Assembly (NCBI GenBank): GCA_040437565.1
Contig: JBDOQK010000008.1
Location: forward strand, 248,001 to 312,000
Reading direction: 5' to 3'
DNA from: Albugo candida
Lineage: Eukaryota
DNA length: 64,000 nt
The notes beneath the pieces were generated by a model, which did not search any database, had not been told where the DNA came from, and saw only the letters and a list, made by a program, of their open reading frames with translations. A program made the position numbers and the translations under genes. Numbering within the stretch: position 1 is the first letter of the stretch; every line of letters begins with the position of its first letter. Shown piece after piece: positions 1-14,836 of this stretch.

Positions 1-2758
1 CAACTGCTGCGTCAGAATCCGTTCTGGTGGACACATCAGCGCCATGACGGGAAATTATGGAATCTCAACAATTATCGAACGGATATGATTCAGGCGCTGG
101 GCGGTGTTGAAGGCATTTTGGAGCACACACTATTCAAAGGAACTTACTTTCCAACATGGGAAGGCCTGTTTTGGGAAAAAGCATCAGGATTCGAGGAAAG
201 CATGAAGTATAAAAAGCTTACAAACGCGCAGCGTTCAGGTCTGAATCAGATCCCAAATCGTCGATTCACATTGTGGTGGTCTCCAACAATCAATCGAGCA
301 AATGTGTACGTGGGATTTCAGGTTCAATTGGATCTGACTGGAATCTTCATGCATGGTAAAATACCGACTTTGAAGATTTCGCTGATCCAAATATTCCGAG
401 CTCACTTGTGGCAGAAGATCCATGAGTCTCTGGTAATGGATTTGTGTCAAGTTTTTGATCAGGAGCTGGATGCTTTGGAGATTGAAAACGTTCAAAAAGA
501 AACCATTCATCCTCGAAAATCGTACAAAATGAATTCCTCGTGTGCAGATATTCTTCTGTTTGCTGCATATAAATGGCAGATGAGTCGACCGTCCTTGCTA
601 CACGATACGAAAGATAGCTTTGACGGGTCAACGAACGGCACAAAGTATTGGATTGACGTACAGCTTCGTTGGGGAGATTTCGACTCACACGATGTAGAAC
701 GTTACGCTCGAGCGAAATTCTTGGATTATACCACTGACAACATGACTATATATCCGTCCCCGACCGGTGTGCTGTTGGCAGTAGATTTGGCCTACAATCT
801 GTACAGCGGGTACGGCAACTGGTTCCCTGGAGGAAAGCCTCTTTTGCAGCAAGCGATGGCTAAAATCATGAAAGCCAATCCAGCGTTATACGTATTGCGC
901 GAACGTATCCGTAAAGGTCTCCAACTGTACTCTTCCGAGCCGACTGAACCATATTTGTCGAGTCAAAACTATGGAGAGCTATTTTCAAATCAGATCATTT
1001 GGTTCGTGGATGACACCAATGTGTATCGTGTCACCATCCACAAGACATTTGAAGGCAATCTGACCACGAAACCCATCAATGGAGCCATCTTCATCTTCAA
1101 TCCTCGAACTGGTCAGCTTTTCCTGAAAATCATTCATACGTCAGTGTGGGCCGGACAAAAGCGTTTGGGACAACTTGCAAAATGGAAGACTGCCGAAGAA
1201 GTAGCTGCCTTAATCCGCTCTTTGCCTGTGGAAGAGCAACCGAAACAGATCATTGTGACAAGAAAAGGAATGCTGGACCCACTAGAGGTCCATCTTTTAG
1301 ACTTTCCAAACATTGTCATCAAGGGAAGTGAGTTGCAACTACCATTCCAAGCGTGTCTCAAAGTTGAGAAATTTGGAGATTTGATACTGAAAGCAACTGA
1401 GCCTCAGATGGTTTTGTTCAACATCTATGACGACTGGCTGAATACGATCACATCGTACACGGCTTTCTCGCGTCTGATTCTGATTTTGAGAGCGCTGCAT
1501 GTTAGCAGTGATCGAACAAAAATGATTCTACGTCCAGATGCAACGACCACGACACAACCACACCATATCTGGCCAACACTCAGTGATGAACAATGGCTCA
1601 AAGTCGAAGTCCAACTGAAAGATTTGATTCTTGGAGACTACGGAAAGAAAAACAATGTCAACGTGGCATCCTTGACCCAATCTGAGATTCGAGATATCAT
1701 TCTGGGAATGGAAATTTCGGCTCCTTCACTGCAGCGCCAACAAATGGCAGAAATTGAGAAACAAGCACGAGAACAGAGCCAACTGACCGCAGTGACCACC
1801 AAAACTGTCAATGTGCATGGAGATGAGATGGTAGTCACCACAACCAGCCAGTATGAACAGCATTCTTTCGCGTCGAAAACGGACTGGCGCGTTCGAGCTA
1901 TCTCTGCCACCAATTTGCACTTGCGAACACATCACATTTACGTGTCGTCAGAGGACATTCAGGAGGCCGGATGCACATACGTGCTTCCCAAAAATATCCT
2001 CAACAAATTTATAACAGTTGCTGATTTACGCACACAAATTTGCGGGCTTTTGTATGGAGTCAGCCCAAAGGAGAATCCACAAGTGAAAGAGATTCGGTGC
2101 ATTGTGATGCCGCCTCAACTTGGTAATCATCAGAGTGTGAGTATCCCAATCCAGCTACCACAACACGAGTACTTGGATGAGATGGAAGCAATTGGCTGGA
2201 TCCACACACAGCCCAATGAATTGCCACATTTGCCACCTCAAGACGTCACGTTCCACTCGAAGATCATGTCTGAAAATTCAGCTTGGGATGGCGAAAAGAC
2301 GGTCATCATCACATGCAGGTGAGCTCCAATGCACGAGTTCAAGTTTCTTGCGAGTAATTAACCTGTTGTCTTCTTTGTTGTATAGCTTCACTCCTGGCTC
2401 TTGCTCGCTGACAGCGTACAAACTTACGCCTGGTGGATACGAATGGGGACGTCAGAATAAAGACTTTGGTGCCAATCCGTCCGGTTACGCGCCAACACAT
2501 TATGAAAAAGTCCAAATGCTTTTGTCCGATCGATTCCTCGGGTTTTACATGATTCCTGAAGAAAATATGTGGAATTATAATTTCTTGGGAGTCAAACACA
2601 ATACCGCGATGAAATATGATCTCAAATTGGGCAATCCCAAAGAATTCTATCACGAAATTCATCGTAAGACTCACTTTATGAATTTTAGCGCTATGGAGGC
2701 CATAGAAGAAGCAGAAGAAGTAGCTGTGCAGCAAGAACAAAATGACGTATTTGCCTGA
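1..2758 (+). CDS. PRP8: Pre-mRNA splicing factor PRP8, 3' part (5' end outside window); intron 2319..2385
   Basis: Near-invariant PRP8 sequence ([51 protein letters not shown], RNaseH-like and Jab1/MPN regions). A GT..AG 67-nt intron restores [13 protein letters not shown]. Stop TGA at 2756-2758. Confidence 0.98.
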
Positions 2759-3230
2759 TAGGAATAAAAGCGGGAAAAATTTAATGCATGAATTTTGACC
2801 GTTTATTTTATGCGACGTTTATGCTTCGAGTGACAGTGTTCATTGCGTCCTTCAACTCAACAAAAGCATTTCTTGAGTTGAAGTCCCGCGCATTGAGTTT
2901 CAACAATTGATATTCTGTATCTTCGTATACTCTACATATTCAACATAAGGTTTCACCAGATATTATTTACTGCAGTGCTTCGTGTGGGGTTTTGTGTATC
3001 GCTGAAAACACAGCGTGAATGATCGCGTCAATTGCATTGATTCTCATATCGTAACGACATCAATAGGAAGTAGCCGACCGGAATCTGCTTCACAAAAGCA
3101 CCTCCAAGTCTTCCTGATACCTGACCTTCTTTCTCCTGGCATCGTTCTCATTTCAGCCGGATCTTATATCGCAAACTGAGCACCGAGGCAGTTTGAATTG
3201 TATATACTCACGGTCTCTCACACTGGAAAT

Positions 3231-6200
3231 ATGCATACATGCAATCATAAGACATCTATACGTACAATTAAGAGCACAGAACTGCTTCATCGTTTGGTAT
3301 CAAAGAGTTATGAGGATATTCAGCAGTTAATGCATCATATTGTAAAATTGAGGCAGATAGAGCGGCGACAACATCTCTTGAAACATCTGCAGGAGTGTAG
3401 AAAACGTTTCATGCATATATTTGTGCTACTAAAGTGGTCGGTGCAGGCTTCTTTGGTCTCAAAGTGCGGAAAATTAGTGCAGGCGTCCACAAGGTTTCAT
3501 CGATTGGTGGAGGAATCCTCTGAACGAATTTTTCGCTTACAACATCAATTACAGCGTGTCAGGGAGAGGAGGTACGATATCAGCACAGCTGTGGATGTGC
3601 TTTATGGACGTACGTATTGCCGTTTACCTCAAGTTGTGAAGGGATCAGGATTTGAACGATTTTCACACATTGAATTTACACAACCATTTTCGACTGTAAA
3701 AGGCGAATTGGAGAGTGTTCAGCGGAGAAGAGAAGATCTATTACGTTTCTGTCTGATTCGAACTGACGTTCCCAAGCAATTCACACTTTTTCTCAACAAA
3801 GATCGGGTCAGATGCAAAGAAGAGAATTTTGAGATTTGGCTGACCGTTCACCAAGTCGAAAGCAGCTTCAGATGGCATGTGTTACGGATTCATACAGGGC
3901 TTCCGTCGTATAGTGACACATGCAAGAGCTCAAAGATCCGGAGGATTCAAAGACAGCTTCCGCGAGAAGCCGACTGTACTCATCTCTGCCACTTGGTCCA
4001 AATTGCCATGAATCAGTCCACTGAGCCGCTGCTGACAGCATTTCATATCCTACGAAATTTCCTGGCTTCAGTACTGCTGGGAATCCTGTCCTCACAAGTT
4101 CAGGTAGCATTCAAGGAGCGTTGGAGAGGTAAAATCCAAGCTCAATATCACAACAATGAGCTTATCTTTTGCTATTGCCATCATTTGTGTACGAGTTATG
4201 ACAATGCAACTCAGTCCAAAAATGAAGACAAGGCTCAAGCGCGTCAAGAACAAAGTATTGCGAGACCTCCTGCGGGATGTGCTTTTGTAAGAATTCACCC
4301 GAATTTCGAAGGAAGTCATTTACTGGCGGTTGACTTACATCCTTCGCTTCCCGTCAATCTTCCAGGTCGTCAAGTGATATTAGCGGCGCTAAAGCCTCCA
4401 GAGAATCCGATGGATATTTGTGGTGAGAGGCTTTTACTAGCAGCAATACGAGCGCATATGGCCGCTGTGCTGTATCAACTTGGAGAGATTATCGCCATCA
4501 GTGCGCCTACGGAGACTCCCAGCACACAATTAGTGACCGGAGAGCTTGTGGATGTAGAGCTGGCTATGAACTCGTTGCGAATCAGACGAGGCGACATTGG
4601 AGGTTTATGTCAATTTCTCAACATTACTTTCGACGTCCACGGCCAGAAGCTTCAGGCAAGATATGATACGACCAGCGTTCACTTGCAGGAGCATCTGTGT
4701 CAGTTGGAAGTTATTCTGAACACACATTGTCGGATGCAAAGCTGCTCTGAGACTTCCAACTCGAAGCGTTTGTTCATACAATCGGAAGAAAATGCACACA
4801 AAGTGATACAAAACGCCGTAGGGCGAGCACTTTTCGAAATCGTCAAGAACGATATATCAAATATTGGAGCATCGCTGGACGGCATTGAGGTCTGTGGCCA
4901 AGTGAGTTTGAATTGGGAGCGATATCTCCAGTTCCGCCAGCATCATGGTGGCCTTACACAAGAGCTCTCGATCTCTGATGATGCGTTGTATTTCGAGATA
5001 TTCACATCCAAGCAATCCGTCTACTACCTTATCATCGAGCTTGATAAGTACGCAGAACCGGGAGAACAGGAAAGCGGGGACAATACGATGCCACAAAAGG
5101 ATTTGTACGTTCGATATCCATGCTTTTCCTTGCTTCAAACAAGCGTGCCAGCAGTAAAAACGCAGGTAGCAGGAGTACAGTACTTCCAAAGCTTGCCAGC
5201 AGTAAGAAAAAGCGATCTTCAATCGAGCTGGTGTCACACGTCTGGCAATCGCATGCATCGAAAGAGAAAACGCAGTCCAAGCTTCCATGAGCTCAAGTGC
5301 GAGAAAACATGGCCATCTGATCTATATTCCAGCATTAAGCAAGCTACTGACGTAGTGGATTCAAATACAGAGCCAAATCCGACCATACGTTCACTCCTGC
5401 TTCATTATCTTCACATTTGTATCGAACGAATTCAACTGCAGCATTGTATGTCTTTTGCTCGTCGACGAAAATCTCGGATCCGATACTCTGGCGAGGCATC
5501 GTGGGGCATACAACAAGGCACTGGTGGCAAAGTGGTGTCATTATCGTTCCCTGAGAAGCTAGAAACAGCACCACTTCAGATCCACTCGATCCAGGCACAT
5601 CTTCAGCGAGATGGAGGCTTTGCGATTTGTCTCCGATTGGTATCTCCTCCTTTCCAATATGTGCATTCATGTCTGAATGCTCGGGCTGGTTGTTATCAGC
5701 GAGACCGCAGATCTTACGTGAACGAACGCGGCGATCTGATGTTCCAATTCCCATTATCGGTGCTGTGCAGCCAAGAATACGTTCATGAGAATCCATTGGA
5801 AGTCTTACTCGTTGAGTTGATTTGCGGTGTGAGACCATTGTGTGAATTTGGAAGCAAGTTAGAAGCCATTCTCACTCCATTGGGGCGGTATACGAACAAG
5901 AGTATGGAACCAGGTCACTTTTACGTGGAAAGTGCTTCGCCATTCGAAATCGCACTCGTCTGTCCGATCGCGACGTCACGAAATGCGGAAACAACCGGCA
6001 AAGCATTCGACCACTATCGTGTGATCATACAACATCGCCACAAAATGGGGTTCGTGCTTCATTACAGCCACAAGTCTGAGCATCCGCTGCTACCTTTCAT
6101 TCAATCAGCTTTGAACGGACATTGTGACGCGTCACAGCTCATGGAGGCGCTGGAGCGAACATGCATCCCTTTGAGCATCCTCGCATCGGTTGTCAAAGCT

Positions 6201-6685
6201 CAACTTCTCTCATCCAAGTATTCTCGGCCTTGCAAATGGAACAAAGACGCATCTGTGTGTCTCCCCAATACGCAAAATGGTACGAAGACGTCTTCATGCG
6301 GTAAGAAAGGTGGCAAAGGTATCAAGCTTGGGTATAAATTCAAGCTCCCCGGCGAAGGAACCGAGTACTTTGCAGATGACAAAGCTTTTGTGCCTGGAGA
6401 ATTGACACTTATCCCGCGATCTCAATTGCAATTGCGACTTGTGTATGGAAATCGATGCGCAGTGGATCTATTTTTCTTGGAGGTTTTGTCATTTCTATCT
6501 GTCGTATTGGAGCTAATGGTCTCACAATTTATGTATATTTTTTCCAGAACCAAATGGTGAGAATGCAAAGCGTTTTCAGCAGTTTTCCTGTGCCAAGCTG
6601 TCCGTGCGAGAAAGGTGTCGACATTGAATTGCACCATTTCGCATCGAAATTGAAAAGCATTCTTTCTGAAATGGCATCGTTATGA
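3231..6685 (+). CDS. MED14: Mediator subunit MED14-like; probable intron 6483..6547
   Basis: N-terminus matches the Med14 pattern (ERRQHLLKHLQECRKRFMHIFVLLKWS; YDISTAVDVLYGRTYCRLP). First ATG at 3231. A GT..AG intron joins to the terminal exon ending 6685. Confidence 0.82.
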
Positions 6686-7065
6686 CAAAGCTTCAGGCTG
6701 TATATAAAGTGTTGCTCACGTGGATCGACCTCGACGCGTTGCTTGGTAGCATTCGATCGACAGACTCCATAGAACAAGGGACCTCGTCTTGATCGATTGG
6801 CGTGCATATCCAGCTCGTGATATACAAAATACTATTAGAGAACAAAAGAGAATGAATAATTTATTATCGGATACCGGCCAGCATCTCACATCTCACATCT
6901 CGCATTCCATCTTGGGACCACAGCGCATAGGAGTTGACTAGAGACTGATATTCGAGTGATGGGGAACAACAAAAAGACCCAGTCTGAAGATGATATATTG
7001 ACGTCTATGAAATGCGATACAAAATCCAATACTGGAGATTCTTAGCTGGCTGCTCGATGTACCGA

Positions 7066-10000
7066 TCATATGAAGCGGATACTTTGCGCACGTAATGCTT
7101 CCGCTTCGTCGTGTGTGTCGTCATCGTCGTTTGTGGCAACAGATAAGATCTCGGCCATTTTGCGTTTGAATCGCTCACAATACGCTTGAGATGGAATCGC
7201 TGAAATACCGTCGGGATCATTGCCGAGAATCTTCACTTTGACAAATCGTTCGAGTTTCTTGTCCATATTCCATGTCTGCAGGATATCAATGATGCCAAAG
7301 TAGTAGACAGATGGACCCACCACAGTATTTGCTCTTCGAGTTCCAGTCATCAGACGTGGTAGACCCTTTCGTTGTGATTGCCTCATACTTTCCAATTCTT
7401 GATTTGCTGAGATGTGTTCCATGTCACTGACAGTGTACTCGACATTGTGAACACCAAGCAGTAGAGAGTAATCCATGATTCCCAGTCGAGAAAGAAAAGT
7501 GGCGTCTTTGACGAGCTGATCGTAGAGGTCAGCAGCCACACAAGGATCCAGTCGAACACGTGAGGTCAAATCGTTGTCTTTGAGCACAACATTGGGTTCA
7601 TGTCGACCTACTCTTGCCCGACAATTCTCGGCATCGGTGGACCCAAAGACGTATTTTGCATTACAATGTCGACAAGTGACGCGCTTGCCTTTGGACGGAT
7701 GTTTAGCGCTTCGATTCACATAGGATCCCTTGATGTCATATCGCCGATTGATGACTCGATCTGTGCTGAAAAGATTGGCCATTACGACGAAATTGAATGT
7801 GTTTCCATACAAACGGATCGCATGACATCCGTAAAATCGAGTCAGTAAGCTGTCGGGATTGTTGAGTAAGAAGGAAGCATACTCTGCTGCTATTGATCGC
7901 AAAAACACTGATTCTTCGTTGCTCATACTTTTGACGATCAGTTGCTGATCGTGGGAAAAGAACATAAATGCTCCACTGGCGCCCTCACTCAATCGTTCCT
8001 TTGTCGTCCGACTCAGACTACTAATGTACTGACTTGTATCGATGCCGAAATGTTCCCGAATTGTTTGGAATGTATGTGGGCAATAATCGATAAATAGAGT
8101 TCCTTTGGTGGGCTCACCTTTCGATTTTGTTCGAAGGAGGTAATCATCGACTCCTAATGATCCATCACGACTTTCTTCCATTTTCTGTGGCTGGAGATAT
8201 AATTCCTGCTGACTCGCACCCGGTGGAAGATGCTGTGTATCGCGTACTGCCTGAATGATTCCCGTGGTCGTATAGTATAAGACCTCACATCGTAAGGCTA
8301 AATTCACTTGAGGACTGAGATCAACATCGACATCGACATTTGCTCCTTTGTTCTTTTCTCCTTTTGTAAGCGCATCATTCGATTTATTCATTTGGAACCA
8401 CACGACAAAGTCAAAGTATCCTTTGCATGTTATCATGAAGCTCATAAGCTGCACAATCCATTCTGGAGGATTCGTCTGCGTGAGGTATGGCACGTAAATG
8501 ATGAATGTAATTCCCCAGTAAATAATAAGCGCGATCACATAGCTATTCAGAGACACCGTCATTTCGTTGTAAGCCGAAAATGAGACAATAGAGCACGCAC
8601 AATGTGACCGAATGCAAAACTCGAATCCTCATTCGAAGCGTTTCGGATAATCCAGATTGTAGCCGTTTCCAAGCAACATACAGTACACTACAAGAGACAG
8701 GGATGAGAAGGAGTACTCACAGCCAGTTCAGATTCTCTGTACGTACGTGATAGCATATATCCAGAACATGATAAGCCAGATGTAGAATAACACCCAAGAT
8801 CTAAGTATACGCGTTAATATCGATCCCATAACACCGTCTTTCTGGCTCACTTACTGCACATTGAATTTCCACAAAGCCTTCAACTCAATATGTCTCATAT
8901 TTGGATCGGTTTCGGAGCTCGATGAAAGTTGCCGCCGAGTACGGGTTCTTGTCCAACAGTATCCAAACTCGGAAGGTCCGGCCCAATTTGGGTAGGATAC
9001 AAGAAATAATGACGTGAAAATCGCTACGAGAACATATAAGACATCCTTCTACCAAACAATTGACGGAAATGACCCACCTGTAATCCAAACGAACGCGTGA
9101 TACCTTCGAACATTGCGTTTGTAGTCCGTAAAAGGACTTTGAAGCGAAGATAACATATCAATCGCCATAACAAAAAACCAGCTTTCCGACGCCCACAGAA
9201 AGAATTGAGTCAGACCCGCTGTGGCAGAGCATGAAGTGTCCGGCAAAATCGCCTCACAAGTGAGTGATGTGCATTTGTACAATTCAGTACTCAGAAGAAT
9301 CAGAACGAGACACATATCACATAAACTTCGAAAAAAAATGATTGGATTTGGATGCTTGCGCCACGTCGGTTGACGCACAAACGTGTAAATGACCGCCGCA
9401 GATGACACCATCGTAATGAGACCGCCACATACTAAACCGACTGATGTATGTGCAGAATTATTTGCAAAAATGACTGTAGTGGACGCGCCAACAATAAACA
9501 TAAGCAACATCAAAAGCTGAATGCGATAATTGTTGGACCATTGGATAGCATTTTCGACCTTGATTTTGCCATGAAACCATCCCAGATCGTCATTGGAGTG
9601 TGTGATGACAGTCTCTTTGTCTCCTTGATTGTCTTGAGAGATACCGGATAGCGAATTTCCAGAGTTTTCAGCTTCTATTCGAGAGAATCGCTGGCTTGCG
9701 CGTGTGTATTGTTTTTCTTCAACGGGTGTGGTCATCGAGTGATAAGGATTCCCATACCTAACAAAGTTGTAAGCTAAATCCTGACAAAGGAATATCATTA
9801 TCAGACCTGCTGGGTGGAGGTAGGGGATGCAGCCTATTTGTCAGCTGATTGCGCTTTTCCGGTGACGATTGCGGCGGAACGTTTGAGTGATGAGACATTG
9901 TGTGGCCTCCGGTGGGTTGTTGACTTAACTCTATCGAGCGCGTAGGGGGATGCTGAGTGGGATTTTTATGCCGTATGTGCATACCAGAATCGGTACTCGG

Positions 10001-10183
10001 GTGCACAAGCGGATAGCTGTCGCTTGTGTTTCTATAGTTTGTCCGTATAGAATGCTGCTGATTCTTATGTTGGGTGACATACGGTGGGATAGAGCGCGTA
10101 GAATTGGGCAGCACGGTGTCAGTATTTACTCCCGTCGAATATTGTTCTATTGTGGGGTATGCTTTCTTTTTATAGGTCTCCAT
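7066..10183 (-). CDS. GPCR-PIPK (GK): cAR-like membrane domain fused to phosphatidylinositol phosphate kinase; multi-exon (e.g. intron 9758..9806)
   Basis: PIP kinase motifs (LSEGASGAFMFFSHD, LLTRFYG, YDIKGS, LKDND, IMDYSLLLG, YYFGIIDILQ). They are preceded by multiple TM segments with CSATAGLTQFF and GYCW of cAR-type receptors. Confidence 0.93.
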
Positions 10184-11943
10184 GTCCTAAAGTTAGTCGA
10201 TGAAACGAAGTGGCTTTCGTCTATGAGGAATTTCGGCTCCAGGGAAAAAGTCGACAAGTCAGAAGCATGGAAATGATAGGGATCTACAGAGGTATTAGTT
10301 ATAGAAGGTACGATGGCACCACTAAATCAAGAGCTTGAGATGCTGGTGCATGCATTATGGCAAGTATTACCTGTCATAGAGGGTACATCATCGAGCGGGT
10401 CCTTTACATTCGGAAAGCCGTAAATAGTATTGATAGCTACCGGTATCATATTACACTTGCAATCGAATTCCTCTTCGATGCGACGGAAATTGAATTGAAG
10501 GCGACGTGTGACACTCCGCACGGCAATGTGCTCATGAACGAGCACATTGCGAAGTGATGCGACGATTCAGTGCCTTTAATATGTATAACCATGCTGAACG
10601 CAATTGAGCGATAGAGATGTACCGAGGACATTAGGAAGCGCTTACCCATACTATGCATTCGAGTTACAAACGGCTTAGAAAAGTTGTAATAAGGGACTGA
10701 AAGGCATAAAGAGGAGATTTACGCGAGTAAGATCCGCTTTGCAGGTGAATTCTGAGATGATGGAGCGTATGATTACGCGAAAAGGATGCGTTATTTCGCG
10801 AAAGCGATGCTAGTCTCGCAAAACACCGTGACGCTCTGTGATAGTGTTACTGAGAAGTAAAGCCACGACGACCAAGATGTTCGAGAAAGCGATAGCAATG
10901 TAGCCGATGCAGAACTGTATGAGCTTATATGTCGAAAAGCAATTCAAAAAGCGGAGAGGTCCGAATATGAAGCGTGTGAGACCATACTGGCCTTCCGCAA
11001 GAGGCTGACGGATCGTATCCGGGAGGGCAATGACACCGGGAAACCGGGTGTGATGAGAAGATGAACGACAGGCGTTGTTTAGTCATGCGATTTTGTGTGG
11101 CAAGCACAACGCATTCGTTAGTTGACCCCCAGGCCCCCGTCATTGTTCAAAGAAAAGGACAGTTGGCCAGGCACAATATCAGTCCGCGACCTGGAAGTCT
11201 ACTAAAGGCTCACGAATTCCACGCAGACGTCTAAAGTATCAGTCATCCGTTTTTCTGAAGAAACCATTAGAAGATGGTCGATTTAAGCTTCGATACACTG
11301 CCAAGTAGAACGAACCTGTCGAAAGAAGACAAGTTTTCCAGATGATAAATATCCTTCTTGACCAGCACTAATTGGCAATCGTATAGACCACTGGAACAAT
11401 ACAAATGATAGCCTAAAGCAAATGTACAGCGCAAGCTCTTCTTTGTCGGTTCTCAACAGCCAAAAGCATGAGCTCGGGGCAGCAAAACCAAGCTCATCAT
11501 GTCCCATACAACCGGTTTAGTCTACCCTAAAGCGCATTCCTCATCTTCTGAGTGCATCTTGTCATCACGCTTCAATCGATCGCGCGGTGGGCAGTGCGTT
11601 GGTGCTGATGTGATGACACGTTTGGGCTGGAAAGGTTAGAAGAGATGCACACACTATTTCATTATGCAAGCAGCGTAAGATCAGCATAGTGCTCATGAAT
11701 AATTCGACAAGTGGCGCAATCCGAAAGCCGCAGGACCCCGATACATAGGTAAGGCGTACTGCTCTGGACACGCCGATATCTATCCTCTGATTCGATGTCG
11801 ATCGCTGTTCAGTCTGTAGCTATGAAGATAGTCGCAATAGCTCTCAAGTGTTTTTTGATTGCCAAGCCAAAGGCTGGTTGGATGTTTACAAGTTTTAGAA
11901 ATAATAGGTCGATTGTCAAAGACACATTTGTTATGCATCCCAC

Positions 11944-13498
11944 TTAGTCCTTCACAATAAATCCCCAAACTTCCACAGAAGACACAACAAACTCGGCACT
12001 TGATGCCAAGCAACTACTCAAAGCACAGAGTCATGAACTCGAGACATACCATCACAATCACACAACTTACGGATTTGAAAACGTCTTTGACTTGCCGCTC
12101 GTTCCGCGAGACAGATCGGAATCCAACGACCACGCAAAATTGCCGCTGTACACACAGTTTTTCAGACACGAATTCGGCACAAATCAGTCTGTAATTACCC
12201 TCCTCCCATCGCGATGAGCTCACCATTACTGAACATAAACATGGAGTTTTCTTTGGACCAAGGAAAAACGTTGAAGTAAGGCCAGCACGTGAATACAAAA
12301 GACTCTCCGATCCCATAGTATGCATTAAATGTTTCCCAGCTTGTCGGGGCAAAACCACCGAGCACATCACCTTGGACCGTTTTGATGATCAAGATTGTCG
12401 GAGAGATCTTTGCAACGCGTGCAAGTAGCGTGTGCAGACTCGACCCATGCCTGGCTGTACTATAAAGTAGCTGCCAATTATACCCGCGAAAACGATAGGG
12501 AAGGCAATGCTCAAGTCGTGGAAGAAGCGAGTGTCGATACTTTGCATTCGCAAGCAGTTCAGCATTCGATCCTCCAATGAGTATGGGAAGCATATCTTGC
12601 GCAATCATTGGAATCTGCTCCGAATGGGAGCGATGATTCCGGCGAAAATTTCTCAATTCTTCCTGTTGAGAAGGATTATCTTCAGTGTCTTCAATCAGTA
12701 GAGTTTTCGGTGGTGTTGATGCTGTCAGATGTTCGTCCCTACATTCGTCTGGTTGAGCTATGTCCGGTGCAATTGAGTCATTGCCACGAACCGCGTATCG
12801 TTCGTTTCAGGGGTAGATTCATTCTCTCTGTCTTTATAGTTGTAAATTCCAATATGCGAAAGCAAATCTTGGAGAAATGGTACAACTGGCAAGCTATTGC
12901 TCCGTTTCCTGCGGTATACTTTGATTAATTGACCCTCCGCGATTTCGTCACTCGTCAATTCATTCAAAGCTTTCAATTCGTTGACATTCATATCATATCT
13001 AGTTAGGCCGAGTACTCAAAGGGAACGATGATNNNNNNNNNNNNNNNNNNNNNNNNNNNNNNNNNNNNNNNNNNNNNNNNNNNNNNNNNNNNNNNNNNNN
13101 NNNNNNNNNNNNNNNNNNNNNNNNNNNNNNNNGTTCGTTTCAGGGGTAGATTCATTCTCTCTGTCTTTATAGTTGTAAATTCCAATATGCGAAAGCAAAT
13201 CTTGGAGAAATGGTACAACTGGCAAGCTATTGCTCCGTTTCCTGCGGTATACTTTGATTAATTGACCCTCCGCGATTTCGTCACTCGTCAATTCATTCAA
13301 AGCTTTCAATTCGTTGACATTCATATCATATCTAGTTAGGCCGAGTACTCAAAGGGAACGATGATCAATTACACGGGAACTCGGATGAAAAGTACCTCGA
13401 AGCTACGTCACGCAATGAGTCTTCTCGTTGTGCCTGATACACAACCATGCTTTTCTCCATCTCAATAGGGAGTTGAAATCGTGATATTTGTCTTTCAT
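11944..13498 (-). CDS. LysM + TLDc domain protein (OXR1/NCOA7-like); multi-exon, spans gap 13033..13132 with duplicated flank
   Basis: LysM-like VYQAQREDSLRDVASR|YDMNVNELKALNEL..I.EGQLIKV. TLDc: WQLLYSTARHGSSLHTL, YYGIGESFVF, MGGG|GNFAWSLDSDLSRGTSGKSKTFSNP|CLASSAEFVVSSVEVWGF. Stop at 11944-11946. Confidence 0.88.
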
Positions 13499-14836
13499 TT
13501 ATAACGCGTGTCTCACCAATGGTCACTGCATCATCGCATGTGAAAATCGCAATCAGGCATCTAAATGTGGTATTTCAATGCCGATATATGCCGATTTGGT
13601 TTGGCCTGTAGTGATGCAGGCTGCATGATTACAGCTCGAGTGAGATGTGCGGCAAGCCTGCGGTAATTATTGTGTTGATGCTGTCAGACTCTCCGAAGGT
13701 GCCAAAAGGTGAGTTGAGCAGGCAATGCACAACAATTGATTGCCGTAAAGTATGATGTCTATACGATGGTGCATCGCGCATTTGCAACTCATACCTTCTC
13801 GTGTCCTTGATCAGAGAAACAGTGTTTATAGAGCAAGTGGTAGCTGGGATGCATGGAGAAGCGATGTTTGTGGTAGAAAGACCCCAGACGATGCATGGTA
13901 GCGGAATTGATTGAGCATTTTGAACTTGATGATAATAAAAGTTTTAATGCGAGCGGATAGTAAAGTACAGTAGTACAAAGACAAAGACTACAAATGCAAT
14001 CAAATAGAGCATATGCCTACTTCCCCCTTGATCCATCATAATGCCGAGCTTTCGCATTGTTCCCCCTAATAATCCTTCTGTACGATCAAAATCTTTTCCC
14101 TATATAGATTCATCAAAGTTCGTGTCAGAAATGCTGTAACGATCGCGTAGACGGAGAGCACCATTCCGTCGAGATAACGATTCTGATCCAATACTTCTGA
14201 ATGTATGCTTTGTGATAGCTAAACACACAAATTGTGAACGAATCCATCAGAAAATTTTACTCCGTTGCGACTCAGCAGCGCAAAACCTGTTTCAGTTGAT
14301 TGATTTGGAGTGATAAGTGACCAATTTGTTCATCGTTTTGCTCTTCTAATAAACACTTTGTTTGGTCTCGATTTTGATTTTCGTGCGGATCGACATGCTA
14401 AATAACATCATTGTGTCAGAATACGCTTAATCAGTAAAAACAGCATCACAAACACGCTCGGTAGCTCCAGAAAAAAGCGCACTGCGGGTATCCGCGTTAC
14501 GATTATTCATCCGGTTGTACATTATCTTTTTTTATCCAATCCCAATCCAGTATGTTACAAAAAGCATTTATCGCAATTAAATTGTTTAAAGGCCGAGTCA
14601 AAGCCTGTCTTGAAAATAAGTAGAATTTCGCTGTTTGTGTTATCCAGCAATTTCTGAGCGCACGAAATAGGGCTCAATTCCGTCCGATAACTTCTAATCG
14701 CAGAATTGGAGAAAACGGATTGGCTGAAAATAAAGAAGCCTATACATTGCTCTTACCAATTGGTCAAAAGTATCACCTTCATGCGCGCTTGTTCTCGTTG
14801 AGGAAGAGGCGCATTGGGTCCGAGTGTCAGCTCATA

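Noticed and set aside
160-215. Possible PRP8 intein
   Set aside because: The known insertion site (EKA/SGFEES) is contiguous, with no insert.
11030-11150. GNRA hairpin (CCGG-GAAA-CCGG) and TGATGA box in the 1.7-kb intergenic region, possible ncRNA
   Set aside because: No recognisable snRNA, snoRNA, RNase P or MRP consensus, and a short stem is expected by chance. It would need an Rfam/Infernal search.
12799-13365. Apparent tandem duplications of exons or domains (LysM, GAF gene exons, HGH1 N-terminus, bromodomain, ZIP TM5-6, NUP107, SPF45 start)
   Set aside because: Each pair is identical or nearly so and flanks a 100-N gap. These are unmerged contig overlaps.
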